This document shows positions 1 to 11,724 of a stretch of 64,000 nt of DNA, in pieces. Position numbers and translations under genes: made by a program. Numbering within the stretch: position 1 is the stretch's first letter; every line of letters begins with the position of its first letter. The DNA is from Enoplolaimus lenunculus (lineage: Eukaryota), in NCBI GenBank assembly GCA_030248215.1, contig JASANG010001204.1, positions 124,001-188,000 on the forward strand. Direction: 5' to 3'. Below the pieces are notes generated by a model that saw nothing but the letters and a program-made list of their open reading frames with translations, had not been told where the DNA came from and searched no databases.

Positions 1-278
1 GCGGAACAAAGAGCTTACACCCAAGCCTACGCAAAAAAGTTACTCTAAAGCTTAATGAGCTTACTCTATTGCAGTACCACAGAAAAACATTCCGCTCTTA
101 ATCGTTGAATGGACCAGAACAACGGAGCCTTGTGTGGGTAATCGGATCATTGATCAATGTGGCGCCCAACATTGTATTTCAAAGTTATTACGTCAAAACT
201 ATGACACGGATTCAACTTAAAATTATTTTCGTGATTAGAATTTTCCCATTTACACAATTCCAGACTCACAAGTCAAAC

Positions 279-476
279 GGCCCATGTAAAGAACAGGGCC
301 GGAACAGTAGTATAAGCATATTCCTAATCCTAATCCTAAGCCTGAGCCTAACACTAAGCGTAAGAATGAGCATATTCCTACGCCTAAGCCTAAGCAAAAA
401 AAGTTAGTCTAAAGCTTAAACTGAGTCTATTACAAACCCGCCGGAAAGCGTTCCGGCCCTGTTCTATACATGGGCC
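279..476. mobile_element. MITE family B (GG termini, 8-bp TSD, Merlin-like; TAAGCC hexamer core)
   Basis: TIR GGCCCATGTAAAGAACAGGGCCGGAAC; flanks AGTCAAAC/AGCCAAAG (6/8). A partial copy lies at 1-115. Confidence 0.8.
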
Positions 477-687
477 AGCCAAAGCATACATCAAAACAGG
501 TTGGAAATAATTTTCACAAAGAATAATTGATGAGGTTATATAACATCGCAATATCGTATTTGTTTTAATACCTGCTGGTATAAATGTTCAACCAATAAAT
601 ACCCTTAATATGTATTTCGTCATTGCACTAAAATTCAACATGGCGAAATTTTGGAAGGCTGCAACATTCTAGCGATTCTATTTCTTA

Positions 688-1112
688 CTGTAGTGACCCG
701 AATAAGCGTGGGAAGACTGATATTTATTTGACCTCTCCAGTGAATACCTCCCTGGTTGGTTACGGACTGTTATTAATATTTACCCGCCCTCCGCCACCCT
801 TGGTTAGTGACATATACCCGGTATTGCAAGTATTTGTTGAATTAAACATGTATTTGTCTATCAAAAGTTTGAGTGATACTGCAAGGTTATACTTAGGAAT
901 GTACTTTCAAAACTTAAGTATGCTTAAAGTTATGAACTCAAATTTATTTGGTCCTGGAGTCATTTATGCACTATAATTAAGGCTAAGTGACAAATATGGA
1001 CTCTAATTATGGTTTAGGGACTTTATCCGCTTACAGACTTCTGTTATTAGGGATGCTGATTCCTATTGATTCGGACTCAAAATGAGGACCCCTTTTATTC
1101 GGGTCACTGCAG
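688..1112. mobile_element. MITE family A (about 430 bp, TA-flanked, Tc1/mariner-type)
   Basis: TIR CTGTAGTGACCCGAATAA / TTATTCGGGTCACTGCAG with TA on both sides; many related copies in the window. Confidence 0.85.
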
Positions 1113-1874
1113 TACGCCTATGAACCTATTAAAATAAACAGGCGTGTAGCCAGAATTTTCCATTAGGGAAGGGTCTACGCAAGTACGCAACCAAGAGTTA
1201 TAAAAATAATTTAAGTTTTGTGTACGTTCGAACAGATGATTCGACCGCTCAAAAAACTTCTCGAGTGAGTTTCAATATGAAATCCCTTCGTAACAGTCGG
1301 AATTGTCAAAACGTTTCTTTCTTTCAATTTGGATTCTGTGATTAGACCCGCAAGCCTCCCTCGTTACATTCGTTGACTTACAAGCAAGTTTGAAAATTTT
1401 CAAGGGGGGGCTAAAATTTTTCCACTTCCACCCCTTGGCTACGGGTACGCATCGCTATGCGCCTGAACACAAACAATTTCGAAACGTATCACAAAACTAA
1501 AAAAGCCTATAGGAGAAGACTACAATTCATCGTATCCAAACATCATCAAACGTTTTGCTTTTGGGATATGATGCTGCTGGCAGCTGAACTTTTCTCGAAA
1601 TACACAATTTTGTGTACGTACGTTGTTCAAAGCGCTTTAAGCTATGAACACCCATCATAATATCCATTGTATTGCAGGAAAGGCCTATATACGTATAGAA
1701 AGCTTAATATTTAGTGTACAACGGTAGAGACAACGCTCGTTTTAGAAACGCGTTTCGCCTTCTAGCAAACAAACTAAAACATATTTTACTAGCAGCAAAT
1801 TTTAGTTTGTGTACAAGCTGTAAACTGTTCGCTAGCCTGCAGGGTTGCGCGTATATATGTAGCATAGACGCAGC

Positions 1875-2321
1875 CAGAGTGGGGTAATATCTGTGGGTAC
1901 CCGCGCGTAAACGCGGGTCGGGTAAAGAATTTGAGACGCGAGTAAACTCGAGGGTAAAGATTTATCAGGCGGGTAAAAACACAATTTTTACCGGCGGCAA
2001 ACTTTTCAGTTTTAAGTTGGAAAACCTACGCTATTGTCTGTTTTATTACGGGTGCTGCTAGTGCTTTATTTAGTTGTGTTTGAACTTTTATTGTTTCTAC
2101 TAAAAATTTCATTCGTCAAATTCATTGAAGCTATATTGCAAAACTTCATTAAAGCGCGAATCATCAGAGATCTTTAAAATACTGGTTTAAATTCAGGCGC
2201 GAGTAAAAGGTGGGTCGTAGGTAGATCTTTTTTACGCGGGCATACCCGCGGGTAAATAAATTTTTGTTTGTGTAGGTAAATCACGGGTCAGGTAAAAACT
2301 CCTTACTCACTTCCCACTTTG
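1875..2321. mobile_element. MITE with repeated CGCGGGTAAA motifs
   Basis: CAGAGTGGG...CCCACTTTG ends; related fragments near 13015-13075 and 30550-30660. Confidence 0.55.
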
Positions 2322-2530
2322 GCGCGCAGCAAGAGAGAAGGGTAGGAAGAAGCCGCTTACCAAATTATTTAAAACTAAGACTTTGTATTAGGATTCAATG
2401 TGCCTTTTGGCTGGTTCCTTCGCTCAAAGAGATTCGTCCGCTGTTATTGTGCATCTCTTGGGTAGTTTTTCACTGTTGAATCAGGCTGTCTCGCTGCTGC
2501 AATCTATGGTCTAATCAAGATTCATTGTAC

Positions 2531-2576
2531 CTAGCACGAGTCAAAAAATCACTCCAAGAACTGCGTTTACCGGATC
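2531..2576 (-). CDS. Possible small TFAP2 cassette or terminal exon
   Basis: Good acceptor cttttacag|GA is phase-compatible with the preceding phase-1 donor and reads GSGKRSSWSDFLTRA. It is followed either by a donor AG|gtacaa or by read-through RYNES-stop. There is no homology support. Confidence 0.25.
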
Positions 2577-3070
2577 CTGTAAAAGCAGTTGTTCCTAAAA
2601 CTTTAGAAGTTAATACACCGTCTGACTATCTTCTGATTGGCTTCTATAACACTTTTTGTGAACAAACGCAGGAATGGACCATTTAATTGAACAAAATCCG
2701 CTTCTGATTTTTAAAAAAATTGGAATGTTTATCAAAAAGCCAAACGTTTAACAACGTAAACTTGTGTACCATAGCCTGAATTAATTTAAAAGTATATATT
2801 GTTTATAGTTCAAATGTATTTAGGTGAACCCCGAGCTGTACCAAAACTATAAAATTTTGTTCCGAATATTCAAATTGCGCAATGGAAGCCAGCGCGCAGC
2901 ATACACTGCAATCCAGGGTTACAACCGGAATGAAATTTAGCCGCAACCGGAATTGAAGTCGAAGGTCAAATTTTTTGTCGGAACCGGAATTGGAATTTTA
3001 TTTTTTGATACACATTTTATTGTTTATGTATAAATTTCAAAAAACATTACATTTTTTTGTTTGTAGCATA

Positions 3071-3510
3071 CTGTATTACCCGAATAAGTGGGGGGATGAT
3101 ATTTATTTACCCTCTATAGAGGGTACCCCCCTTGTTATTCGGTTACGGAATGTAATTTATTCTTAACCCACGCTCCGACACGCATCGTTACTGATATATA
3201 TCCGGTACTGCAATTATCCGTTGAATCAAACGTTTATATGTCTTGTATCAATAGCTTGAGCGATAATACAAGGTTATACTTAGGAATGTACCTTCGAAAT
3301 TTACGTACGCTTTAAAGTTTCGAATTCAAATTATTTCGTCCTGGAGTCATTTATGCGCTACAATTAGGGTTAATTGACATTTATGGACTCTAATTATGGC
3401 TTAGGGACTCTATTCGTTTACGGACTCTTATTAGGGATACGGACTCCTATTGATTTGGACTCAAAATGGGACCCCCTCTTATTACCCCCTATTATTTTAG
3501 GTCAATACAG
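3071..3510. mobile_element. MITE family A copy
   Basis: Degenerate TIRs, TA flanks, interior colinear with 688-1112. Confidence 0.85.
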
Positions 3511-3586
3511 TATAACTTCAAGCGCAAGCGGATTACTTTGATGATGTAGGACTAGGTTTCAATTTATTGAAGAAAGAATATAAGTA

Positions 3587-4014
3587 TTGCAGTGGCCCGA
3601 ATAAGAGGGGGTAAGAAAAGGAAGGTCCCCAATTTGAGTCTCAATCAATAGGAGTCCGTAATACTAATAAGGGTCCGTAAGCGGGTAGAGTCCCTAAACC
3701 CTAATTACAGTCAATATATGCCAAGTAACCCTAATTGTGGTGCAAAAATGACTCAAAGACAATAATGCTGAGTTTGAAACTTTAAAAGCATACTTAAGTT
3801 TTGAAAGTACATTCGTACGTATACCTTGCAATATCGCTCAACCTTTTGATAGACAAATAAACGTTTAATTCAACGGATAGTTGCAATACCGGATATACAT
3901 AACGAAGGGCGGGTTAAAATTAAACAGCATTCTGTAACCAAATAACAGGGAGTGCCCTCTCGAGAGGGCAAATAAATATCAGTACCCCTCCCTCTCTTAT
4001 TCGGGTCACTACAG
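3587..4014. mobile_element. MITE family A copy, opposite orientation
   Basis: Reverse-complement match to 3071-3510; TIRs present. Confidence 0.85.
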
Positions 4015-4880
4015 TGCACAAGTTTTTGTTTCAGTACTGTGCTCAGCTTTTCAACTCAAAATATTGGGATTATACTGTATTCAGTACCGACGAAGCGCTC
4101 TCTCCCAAACCCCCAACTAGAAGGCCGACCCTAGAGGAGCCCCCATCTTGGCAAACCAAATTTTTTCCGCGGTCCGCGAAGTTACAGAGCTGCGAAACAT
4201 TTTATTGGGGCACCTGATGGGACCTGTTTGGGAGGCGGACTATCCTAACGCCGGCCTTGGCTGTATATCTCATAAATCAAATCCGCAGCAAAAGTAAAGC
4301 TTGAAGCGTTGAAGTGTAAACTTAACGTTTCATCTTCTTATTTTATATTCAATTTTTGTTTACTTTCTCTTTCCGTTTTCATTCATTCTTTCAAGTTTAT
4401 CGCTACGGGCCTTGTCGTTTTACTCACAGGGTATTTGTTTAAAATTAAGTTGTATCGCTAAGTAAACGCATCCAATGACTAGCAAAAAGTCATTCACCAC
4501 GGTAGAAAGAGTGAACTGTGAGGTTAACGCATATAACAGCAAAATGTGAACTTAACTTTACTTTCAAACAGAGATACTGATTCAGCTTACCGAGACCGTT
4601 TGAACTCCGAGCGGTTTTGAATTATGAATCTAACAAAATTCAAATAAGTTTTTAGGATTTTTCAATAAAAATTTTCGGTTAAATTAAACGATTTCATGAC
4701 ACCAATTAAGCTTTCCGCAATCTTAGTTGTAAGGAAAAACCGTTAATGTAGTGCAAAATTTTTAATACTAAAATAATTTTGATTCCAAGATCTCACAGTT
4801 ATACATTGCCTTATCTTTGCCTGATGCACTGTATTTGATAATGACGATAAAACAGTGAATTGATGTTTCGATATGCTGCC

Positions 4881-5236
4881 AGTCTAAAAACTTAAACTTA
4901 AATTATAGCTTAACTAAACTTGAATATTTGTTTTATCAAAACCTAAAACGCTGGACGGACTAACTAAACCAGAATTTTAAGTTTTACTAAAACTAATATG
5001 TTTTAAGTTTATCACGAGTTTAAGTAAACTTATATTTAGTTTTAGAAACAAGTGCAGCCCAGATATTACGTTCATCTAAGAGTTCGTTAAGTTTAGCTTA
5101 AACTGAATATATGTAAGATTTTAAATGAGTCTAAGCTAAGCTTAAACCTACCTGTAAGTTAAGTTAATATAGAAAATTAGTTTAATATTGATGGATTAAC
5201 GTAAGCTCAAATCAAATTAGCTTAAGCTTTTACAGA
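4881..5236. mobile_element. AT-rich MITE family E copy
   Basis: Colinear with 51840-52184; ends CTAAAAACTTAA / TTAAGCTTTTACAG. Confidence 0.75.
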
Positions 5237-5397
5237 GCACACTCTTTGTATTAACTGGCGTTTTCAGTAGCATTAAGACGAATGAATCTTGGCTTTTTTT
5301 CAAATACGAATTTAGTCAACCTCAAAGAACGAAATTAAATTGTTCTCGCTGCTATATTCTTAAAAACAAGCGTCCCATACAAAAAACCATGAACATG

Positions 5398-5398
<1 letters not shown>

Positions 5399-5445
<47 letters not shown>

Positions 5446-5452
5446 ATATATA
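5399..5452. repeat. (TA)n microsatellite
   Basis: Direct read. Also (TTA)n at about 10737-10763 and (TA)n at about 38940-38968. Confidence 0.9.
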
Positions 5453-6488
5453 ATTTTGAATAAGTAAATAAAAGTCAACATGTTAAATAAAAAGCGTTTT
5501 GCGTCAAAAGTTGTTGATAAAGCGACTTGTAATGTCTGACAGCATGCTGAATGCGACCAATTCACACCTTCCGCAGTTAATCAAAGGTGTATAATGGACA
5601 AACTCGGTAACGTATTTGACAGATGGAAGTTTTTGTGATGAAACACTTTTTGAGAAGGTACTTCACAAGATATTTCAATAGCTGAACGTTTACGAAACGC
5701 CCGACCTGGAACTTTATTTTTGAGTATATTTGTAGATTAGAGCGTTTTTGCCGCGGTACACAAGCAATAGCGTTGCATAATGCAATTTTACTGGATATTT
5801 GGCTAATTTTATTTGATGGTATGGTTAATTTGGACATGGTAATACGTAGTGTTTTGGAATTGCGGAAAATCACGCGCTAATCATGGCACAACCTGAAATG
5901 AATACTACTGGAGACAGATTTCGCCGGGGTCGGGGGTGAAAAATATATGTATGAAAAACCAACATTGACTGTACAGTGAGTGTTGTAACAAATCAAAATG
6001 CCTTGTTTGGTAGTTTTGTTTGTCTTCGTAGTTGTCAAATGATCTGAGAACACGTAAAATATTGCACTAACAAAGTGGGTGGTAACAAAGTGGCACTGTG
6101 GTCAGACAGAACAGCAGAAAACTGTTGATAAGTGTATCATGAATAAAAATGCGACGGATTTTCATTTGTTATAATTATACATCTTTGGTATGGCACTGTT
6201 GGTTATCTCGCTACTTATCTCAGGCAGTCTCAGGGTACAGCGGTCATTTTTAGGAATTACTAGATAGTCCCATACGTGGTTCAGTCTGTTACATACGCCG
6301 GTTTCTTTTTATTTGGATGAAAATATATTGCTCATGTTTAATATAAATCCTTTTAAATTTCATAATTGCATAGCTACTACAGTGTATTCATGAAACATTT
6401 GAGGTTTCTATTTTGGTTTGCTATGTCAATTAGGCCAATTTATTTTAAGGAACGTTGTTTTAATTTAAGGTTAAGCTTTACTCAGAGT

Positions 6489-6669
6489 CAAGGCCGGAGC
6501 AGCCAACCCAAACCCACATTTGGGGCCCACCCCTAAAGGGGCCCCTGCCCAAACCGGTTTAAACAAAAACCATCCAAGTTTTAAATTGCGAATGGCTTCT
6601 CGCTCGCGAGTTTAGGGCCCCCACCCTGAAGTTTGGAAGGAACCCACGCCCTTGTCTGCTTCGGTACTG
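6489..6669. mobile_element. hAT-like short MITE family F
   Basis: CAAGGCCGGAGCAG...CTGCTTCGGTACTG; flanks CTCAGAGT/CCCAGAGC (6/8). Related copies at 47224-47422, 17284-17442 and, more loosely, 4082-4259. Confidence 0.7.
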
Positions 6670-6743
6670 CCCAGAGCAAGCATAAGCTGGCCAAAAGTTT
6701 TGACAGCTACCAAACTAGTAATGATGTTTTTTTGAGATATTAA

Positions 6744-7005
6744 CCATTTCTCACATGAATATTTTCTATTTCCCCTGAGACCTACTTTTATGCTAGGATT
6801 CGAACTCCAGTGACTAGAGTGGGAGGCGTATACCATCACCACTCAGCTATAGGAGCTTGACGCTCGAGCCCGATGGGGCTATCACGTCTTGTGGTGATTT
6901 AGTACTATGTATACGTGTTGCAATTGTTAAACACGGTGCGATATATACTATTTAACGTATATACACTGCGCTAAGTTGCCTACAGGCAACTCAATGTGAG
7001 AAGGG
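6744..7005. mobile_element. piggyBac-like MITE family D with internal tRNA-derived cassette
   Basis: TTAA|CCATTTCTCACAT...ATGTGAGAAGGG|TTAA. Minus-strand A box TAGCTGAGTGG (6849-6839) and B box GTTCGAATCC (6805-6796). Confidence 0.85.
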
Positions 7006-7207
7006 TTAATGTTCAAGCCAACGTTCGGTATACAAATAATTTTTCCAATTGTGTCAAGTAGTGAACCTTTCAAATAAGTGGACATAGTTGAATATTCCCA
7101 CTTTTTTACTCAATATATACCGAATGTTTATCAAACCATTAATTTATAATCTGAGCAAATCAAAAGTTGAGTTCACAAAAAGGTAGACAGTGGTTGGATA
7201 TGCTTAC

Positions 7208-7295
7208 CTTTTCGTATAACGCCAGTTTGTTCACCATTATCACTATCATTGAGTGAAGCGTCATTCATTGGATAAGAGTCGTGTAACATAATTGG
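7208..7295 (-). CDS. TFAP2: TFAP2 short exon preceding the DNA-binding region
   Basis: Acceptor ttttag|CCA and donor G|gtaagc, phase 0/1. PIMLHDSYPMNDASLNDSDNGEQTGVIRK-G matches the vertebrate DQTVIKK|G exon end. Confidence 0.88.
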
Positions 7296-8163
7296 CTAAA
7301 ATTGTAAATATTCTAAGTTTAAAACTGATTGGTGAGTTAAAGGCTGTGTAATTTTTTACGACGCAAACGAGAGAAATGTGCCCAATCCCGGCCACGCGGG
7401 TATTAGTTTAAAATCGATTAAATTTTAGCAAGCGAAGCAACCGATAAACAATACACACTGTTTAATTTATTGTTGTAACTTCAGTATAAATCTCGATTTG
7501 GTGTGTGCCAAGGAATCGAGGGACAACATATAGGTAGAACAAAGAAAACAAGCTCTCGAGCGAAGTGAGCAAGAAATAGACGCAATTTTTGAATTGAATG
7601 CCAAAACCCGCACGTTTATTTGGCTTTGAGCCGATTGGGACCCAGCCGCTAATATCCCATTTAGGTTGGTCCATGCTTTTCGGACTAAAAATCCTTTCGT
7701 TCATTTGGTTAATACCTTTAATACGAGTGCCATGTATATGTTGTGAGGAAATTTCGCAAGCGAACCGAGCTACAAGTTAATCGCATTTTTGTAGTCCTTC
7801 TCAAAAATGTCAATTTCTTCTTACAGTAGGGTTTTTAAAGTTGATATTTTCGTTACTTCACACATTCGGATAATATTGGCCCCACACATCACAGATTTCG
7901 CGAGTTGTCTAGCGTTTTTTCAAAATATTAGCAGACTTATAGTCGTATATATTTATGAGAATTTAAAATTTGTTGGAAATACATTCTATTCTAACCATTG
8001 GTATTCCGATTTATTTGTTGATATTGACAGTAAATTCGAACAACATATCGCACACAAAAGCACTGATGATCACACTGAACGTCAAGGCTAAATCATTTAT
8101 ACTTATCTGACATATATGTATTTTTAAAAGGTTCTTTTTGGCCTAGGTTTTGGCAATTCTTAC

Positions 8164-8799
8164 CGTACTATAAATCGCTGCAGGATTAACAATCATCGTA
8201 GGCGAATGATGTCCCCCCGCAGAGGTTTGACTCGCTCGGATATGTTCGCTAGTGTCGCCATTACTGTCGTCAACACAAGCGACAGTCGCGGGGACACAAT
8301 CCATACCGCTTCCAGCGCCGCTACTCAAACTTGTCACTTGTGACAATTGTAGTAACGCGTCTGGATCAGCGCCAGCTGCAGCACAAGCTGCTGCTGCAGC
8401 TGCTGCAGCATTCGTCGTCGTTACAGATCCAGAAGATGCTGCAGCAGCTGCAACAGCAGCATTTGCAGCCGCTACTAATCTGGCAGCATGCGGTGGTGAA
8501 CTAGCGTCTCCGCTGATATCACCACCGATATTGATACCAGTAGTTGAAGATTGATGTAACATCGACGCACGCTGTAATTGTTGTTGATGTTGTTGTTGCT
8601 GCTGGTGACTTTGAATAATTTGTTGTTGGTGATGGTGTTGATGATTATGAAAGGCGGCGGCACTGGTTGAGTATGCGACTGACATCGCAGGTAGTCGGGC
8701 GGCGACAGCTGCAGACGCTGATGAAGGTAAATGGGTCGGCCCTCCTGGGTGCACGGTCGAGGCTTCGTTTGGTGAGCGTTGAAATGGCGACGTGATATA
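8164..8799 (-). CDS. TFAP2: TFAP2 low-complexity (Ala/Gln/His/Ser) exon, 212 codons
   Basis: Acceptor tttttag|TAT and donor ACG|gtaaga, phase 0/0. The frame is open (YITSPFQRSP...IVNPAAIYST), GC-richer than its flanks, and overlaps ORF 8143..8754. Confidence 0.85.
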
Positions 8800-9156
8800 C
8801 TAAAAATACTGCAATATGGTACAGAATACGAAGTTACCCGTAAGCGAACAATGCCAATGCCTGAGTTTTCACAACTCACTTTACTGTTTCTAGGATATAT
8901 ACGAAATCTATCAAAACTTTTGGTGGCGTTACCGTTTACGATACCGAACTGTGAGGGGCCATGACGAGCGCCGACATACGGTGACGATAGGCGCCGTGAG
9001 ACATATAAATTTTGAAAAGTATAGCGCCACTGTTACTGTTCGACCAAAACTTGAAAGACATAAAGTGAAAAAATTATTCAGCATAAAAACCAACTTCTAT
9101 AACCAATTTAAACGAAAAAAAAATAGATTTTTCAATCAGATGAATATATAATGTAC

Positions 9157-9384
9157 CTGTTGCGCTTGATGTAGTCTACCCAAATGTCCGTATGGATCAT
9201 GACCTGCTCCAATATGAGCAGAAAACTCTTGACCCGGATGACCAACTGCAGCGGCAGCAGCGGCGGCAGCGGCATTGTACGGTGGTGGAAAATATGGATG
9301 ATGTTGAAATGCGTCCACTGTTGTTGCGATACTTTGTCGAGGTGGAGAACTGAAAGCTGCCGAAACGCACAGATCACGACGTTC
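9157..9384 (-). CDS. TFAP2: TFAP2 exon with PY transactivation motif, 76 codons
   Basis: Acceptor ttttag|GAA and donor CAG|gtacat. Translation ERRDLCVSAAFSSPPRQSIATTVDAFQHHPYFPPPYN...QEF...DPYGHL matches vertebrate AP-2 exon 2 landmarks (DRHD start, FQPPYFPPPY, DPYSH). Confidence 0.9.
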
Positions 9385-9750
9385 CTAAAATTCAAATGGT
9401 ATTTTTAGGAGGTCGACAGAGGCAACAATCAATGCAGAATATCAAACCCGTGTATTGTAGTCCAAATGATCTACATGGGGAAGAATTTACATGCGTCGCA
9501 GTGTTGAAGATTTGAAGACAGTTGAGTCTAGTTCTTTCTGATGGCGGAAATTTGAAATACGTTCAGCCCAATTCTTACCCACGGACAAAATTCGGATCGG
9601 CGGAAGATTAGGACTGGGACAACAGTAAAACATATTTGGCAGAATGCATATCCCATAGTGCAAATTTGTACCCCCGGTTATTTGGCTACGCTCAAAATAT
9701 TTCGGTGTATATGTAGCTGTATACTTATATACAGCAGCTTATCTATAGAG

Positions 9751-10331
9751 TATGGGTGCTAATCTCGAGGGGGTGGGCGGAGGGTCACTGAACCTCCCCC
9801 CACTTTTTGAGCATAAAATTTGTGATGGGCATTTTAGACTTCCCACTTTGGAAAGAAAATCATGACAAGGTTGTTAATACCGCTAAATGTCTAACAGGTT
9901 CATTGCCTGATATAAACCCGTCCATCACAGTTCTCATATAGCAGCAACCTTACATGTCTAATGGCTGCTTATAAGCATATGAAAAATGAACACTTTTTAT
10001 TCGTGCAAATATTTCCGGTAAAACGAGTATAGAAGCATTCAAGGCGGTCTCTAGTGGGCAGTAGCACGGAAATTAACTGATAATTAAATTAATGCTAAAA
10101 AGTTACCTGATCAATTTGCCAATGTGAAGTTAAAATTTTGCAAAACGCAAACACTGTTTTCGCATATTTTGTTTTCACTTTAAAGCTTTAATCATGTTTA
10201 ATAGCTTTGTATTGTTCACTTTAACAATATTGTGACGTGATCAACTGTTTTTTATGGAAAGTGGGGAACGTGTCTAAATTACTGAATTACCCCCCCCCCC
10301 CACTTTCAAGAACAACAGATTGGCGCCCATG
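9751..10331. mobile_element. hAT-like MITE
   Basis: TIR TATGGGTGCTAATCT / AGATTGGCGCCCATG with G/C-run subtermini; flanks CTATAGAG/CAAGAGAG (6/8). Confidence 0.6.
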
Positions 10332-11330
10332 CAAGAGAGTGTTACACTTTAGCCATAAATAAGTCGTTTTCAAGAAGGGGCATTTACGCATGTATGTTCT
10401 CATATTAGAAGAACAGTTTCCCTGTGCTTAAAACGAGAAAGCTGTTTTATTCCAAAAGTCCTCTCAAAGCCTATCTTTATCCCAATAACCCTTCCAAGTG
10501 GGAAAAGTTTAATTGATCCGATATATCATTCACTGAAGCGTCTGCTATAAAAACTTGACGTCAACCCGATAAAGGCTCTCATGTCTAATCTTGATTAATC
10601 CTTTCTAGCATGAAATATTACTTTCCTGACTATCTGTAATAGTGCAACCTATGTATACCTATACGCGAAAATAATGTTAAACACTGCACACTGTATATTG
10701 TTTGAAATAACTCAGAAAGCACAATGATTTAAACAATTATTATTATTATTATTATTATTATTATTTTATTACGCTCCTATGCTGCATATGTCTCAGTAAT
10801 ACAAAAACACATTTTTCAAGCCCAAGCACTGAGTAGCAAGCATTCATAGCTGTATCGATCAGTTACGGTAAACGCCTTCTTATTCTGAAATTCCGGTTCA
10901 AAATCATGTTTTAAAAAATTGAAATTTGCTATAATCAGATAAAGTGAAAAATATTCATACAGAAAAGAATTAACAAGCAATTCCTGAAAGGGTCAGATAG
11001 ACGGGAAGCACGTGCACATGTCATACATGAACGAAGATTAAATATGGAGACCATCAAACCAACAAGTCTGCGTATAGAATTAATAGTCACGAACTGTATG
11101 TATGAATCAAACCAATGCCAAAACTTAAATCTGAGCCCAAAGCCTGTACCTCAAACCGCAGCGAAAGCCAAAGTGCCACGATATTGTTCGGGACCATTTC
11201 TACATATGAATGAGCGGGAAACAAAATGGGCTGAACAAATTTAGCAGTGGCTCCATCCAAATTTATTCTATGCTCACAAAAAATGATAAAAAGATTCTTT
11301 AAGCTTCTCGCTGCAATTTATGTTTGTATC

Positions 11331-11724
11331 TGTGTCGTAGCCCAAGTCGTACGCCAGCCCGATTCGCAATTGGGTTAGTACAAAACGGAATTACGACCTC
11401 GGTTAGCCCAACGTTGATTTATGTCTGATAAAAGCTGTGCGTTTTCTGATTGGTTACGTGATATTTGTAATTCAGCTTGATTCCACTTACCTAACTTAGT
11501 AAAACAAACTGTTTGATAGCCAACAGGCAGCGATTACTTACTTAGCGATTCAGAAAGCAGAATTTGCATCAGCCGATCGTGTTCGAATATGGCATTAAGA
11601 TAGTAACCAATCACAAAGTGTACACATGTAACAGAGAAAGAATTAAGCCGTAGCCCAAGTTGTAGTTCCGTCCCGTACTAGCCCGATTTCAAATAGGGCT
11701 CAATTAAGACTTAAGCTGCGACAT
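11331..11724. mobile_element. MITE with long (about 75 bp) imperfect TIRs
   Basis: TGTGTCGTAGCCCAAGTC...GACTTAAGCTGCGACATA, plus complementary subterminal arms. Confidence 0.6.

Noticed and set aside
105..407. Leu-Ser repeat ORFs (also 33779, 43874, 59104) as a protein family
   Set aside because: They are translations of the TAAGCC hexamer core of MITE family B.
5690..5730. Minus-strand VPGR as the AP-2 DNA-binding exon (VFCSVPGRLSLL)
   Set aside because: The context reads KNKVPGRAFRK with no other matching residues, so this is a chance match.
6785..6856. Functional tRNA gene (also 26010-26080 and 53060-53130)
   Set aside because: A/B boxes are present, but there is no 3' acceptor strand complementary to GCTCCTA and the stems are poor. 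The sequence lies inside a TIR element.
8252..8554. Antisense or alternative-frame ORFs over TFAP2 exons (also 16496..16801, 35124..35345)
   Set aside because: They are shadows of low-complexity coding sequence; splice sites and motifs support the other frame.
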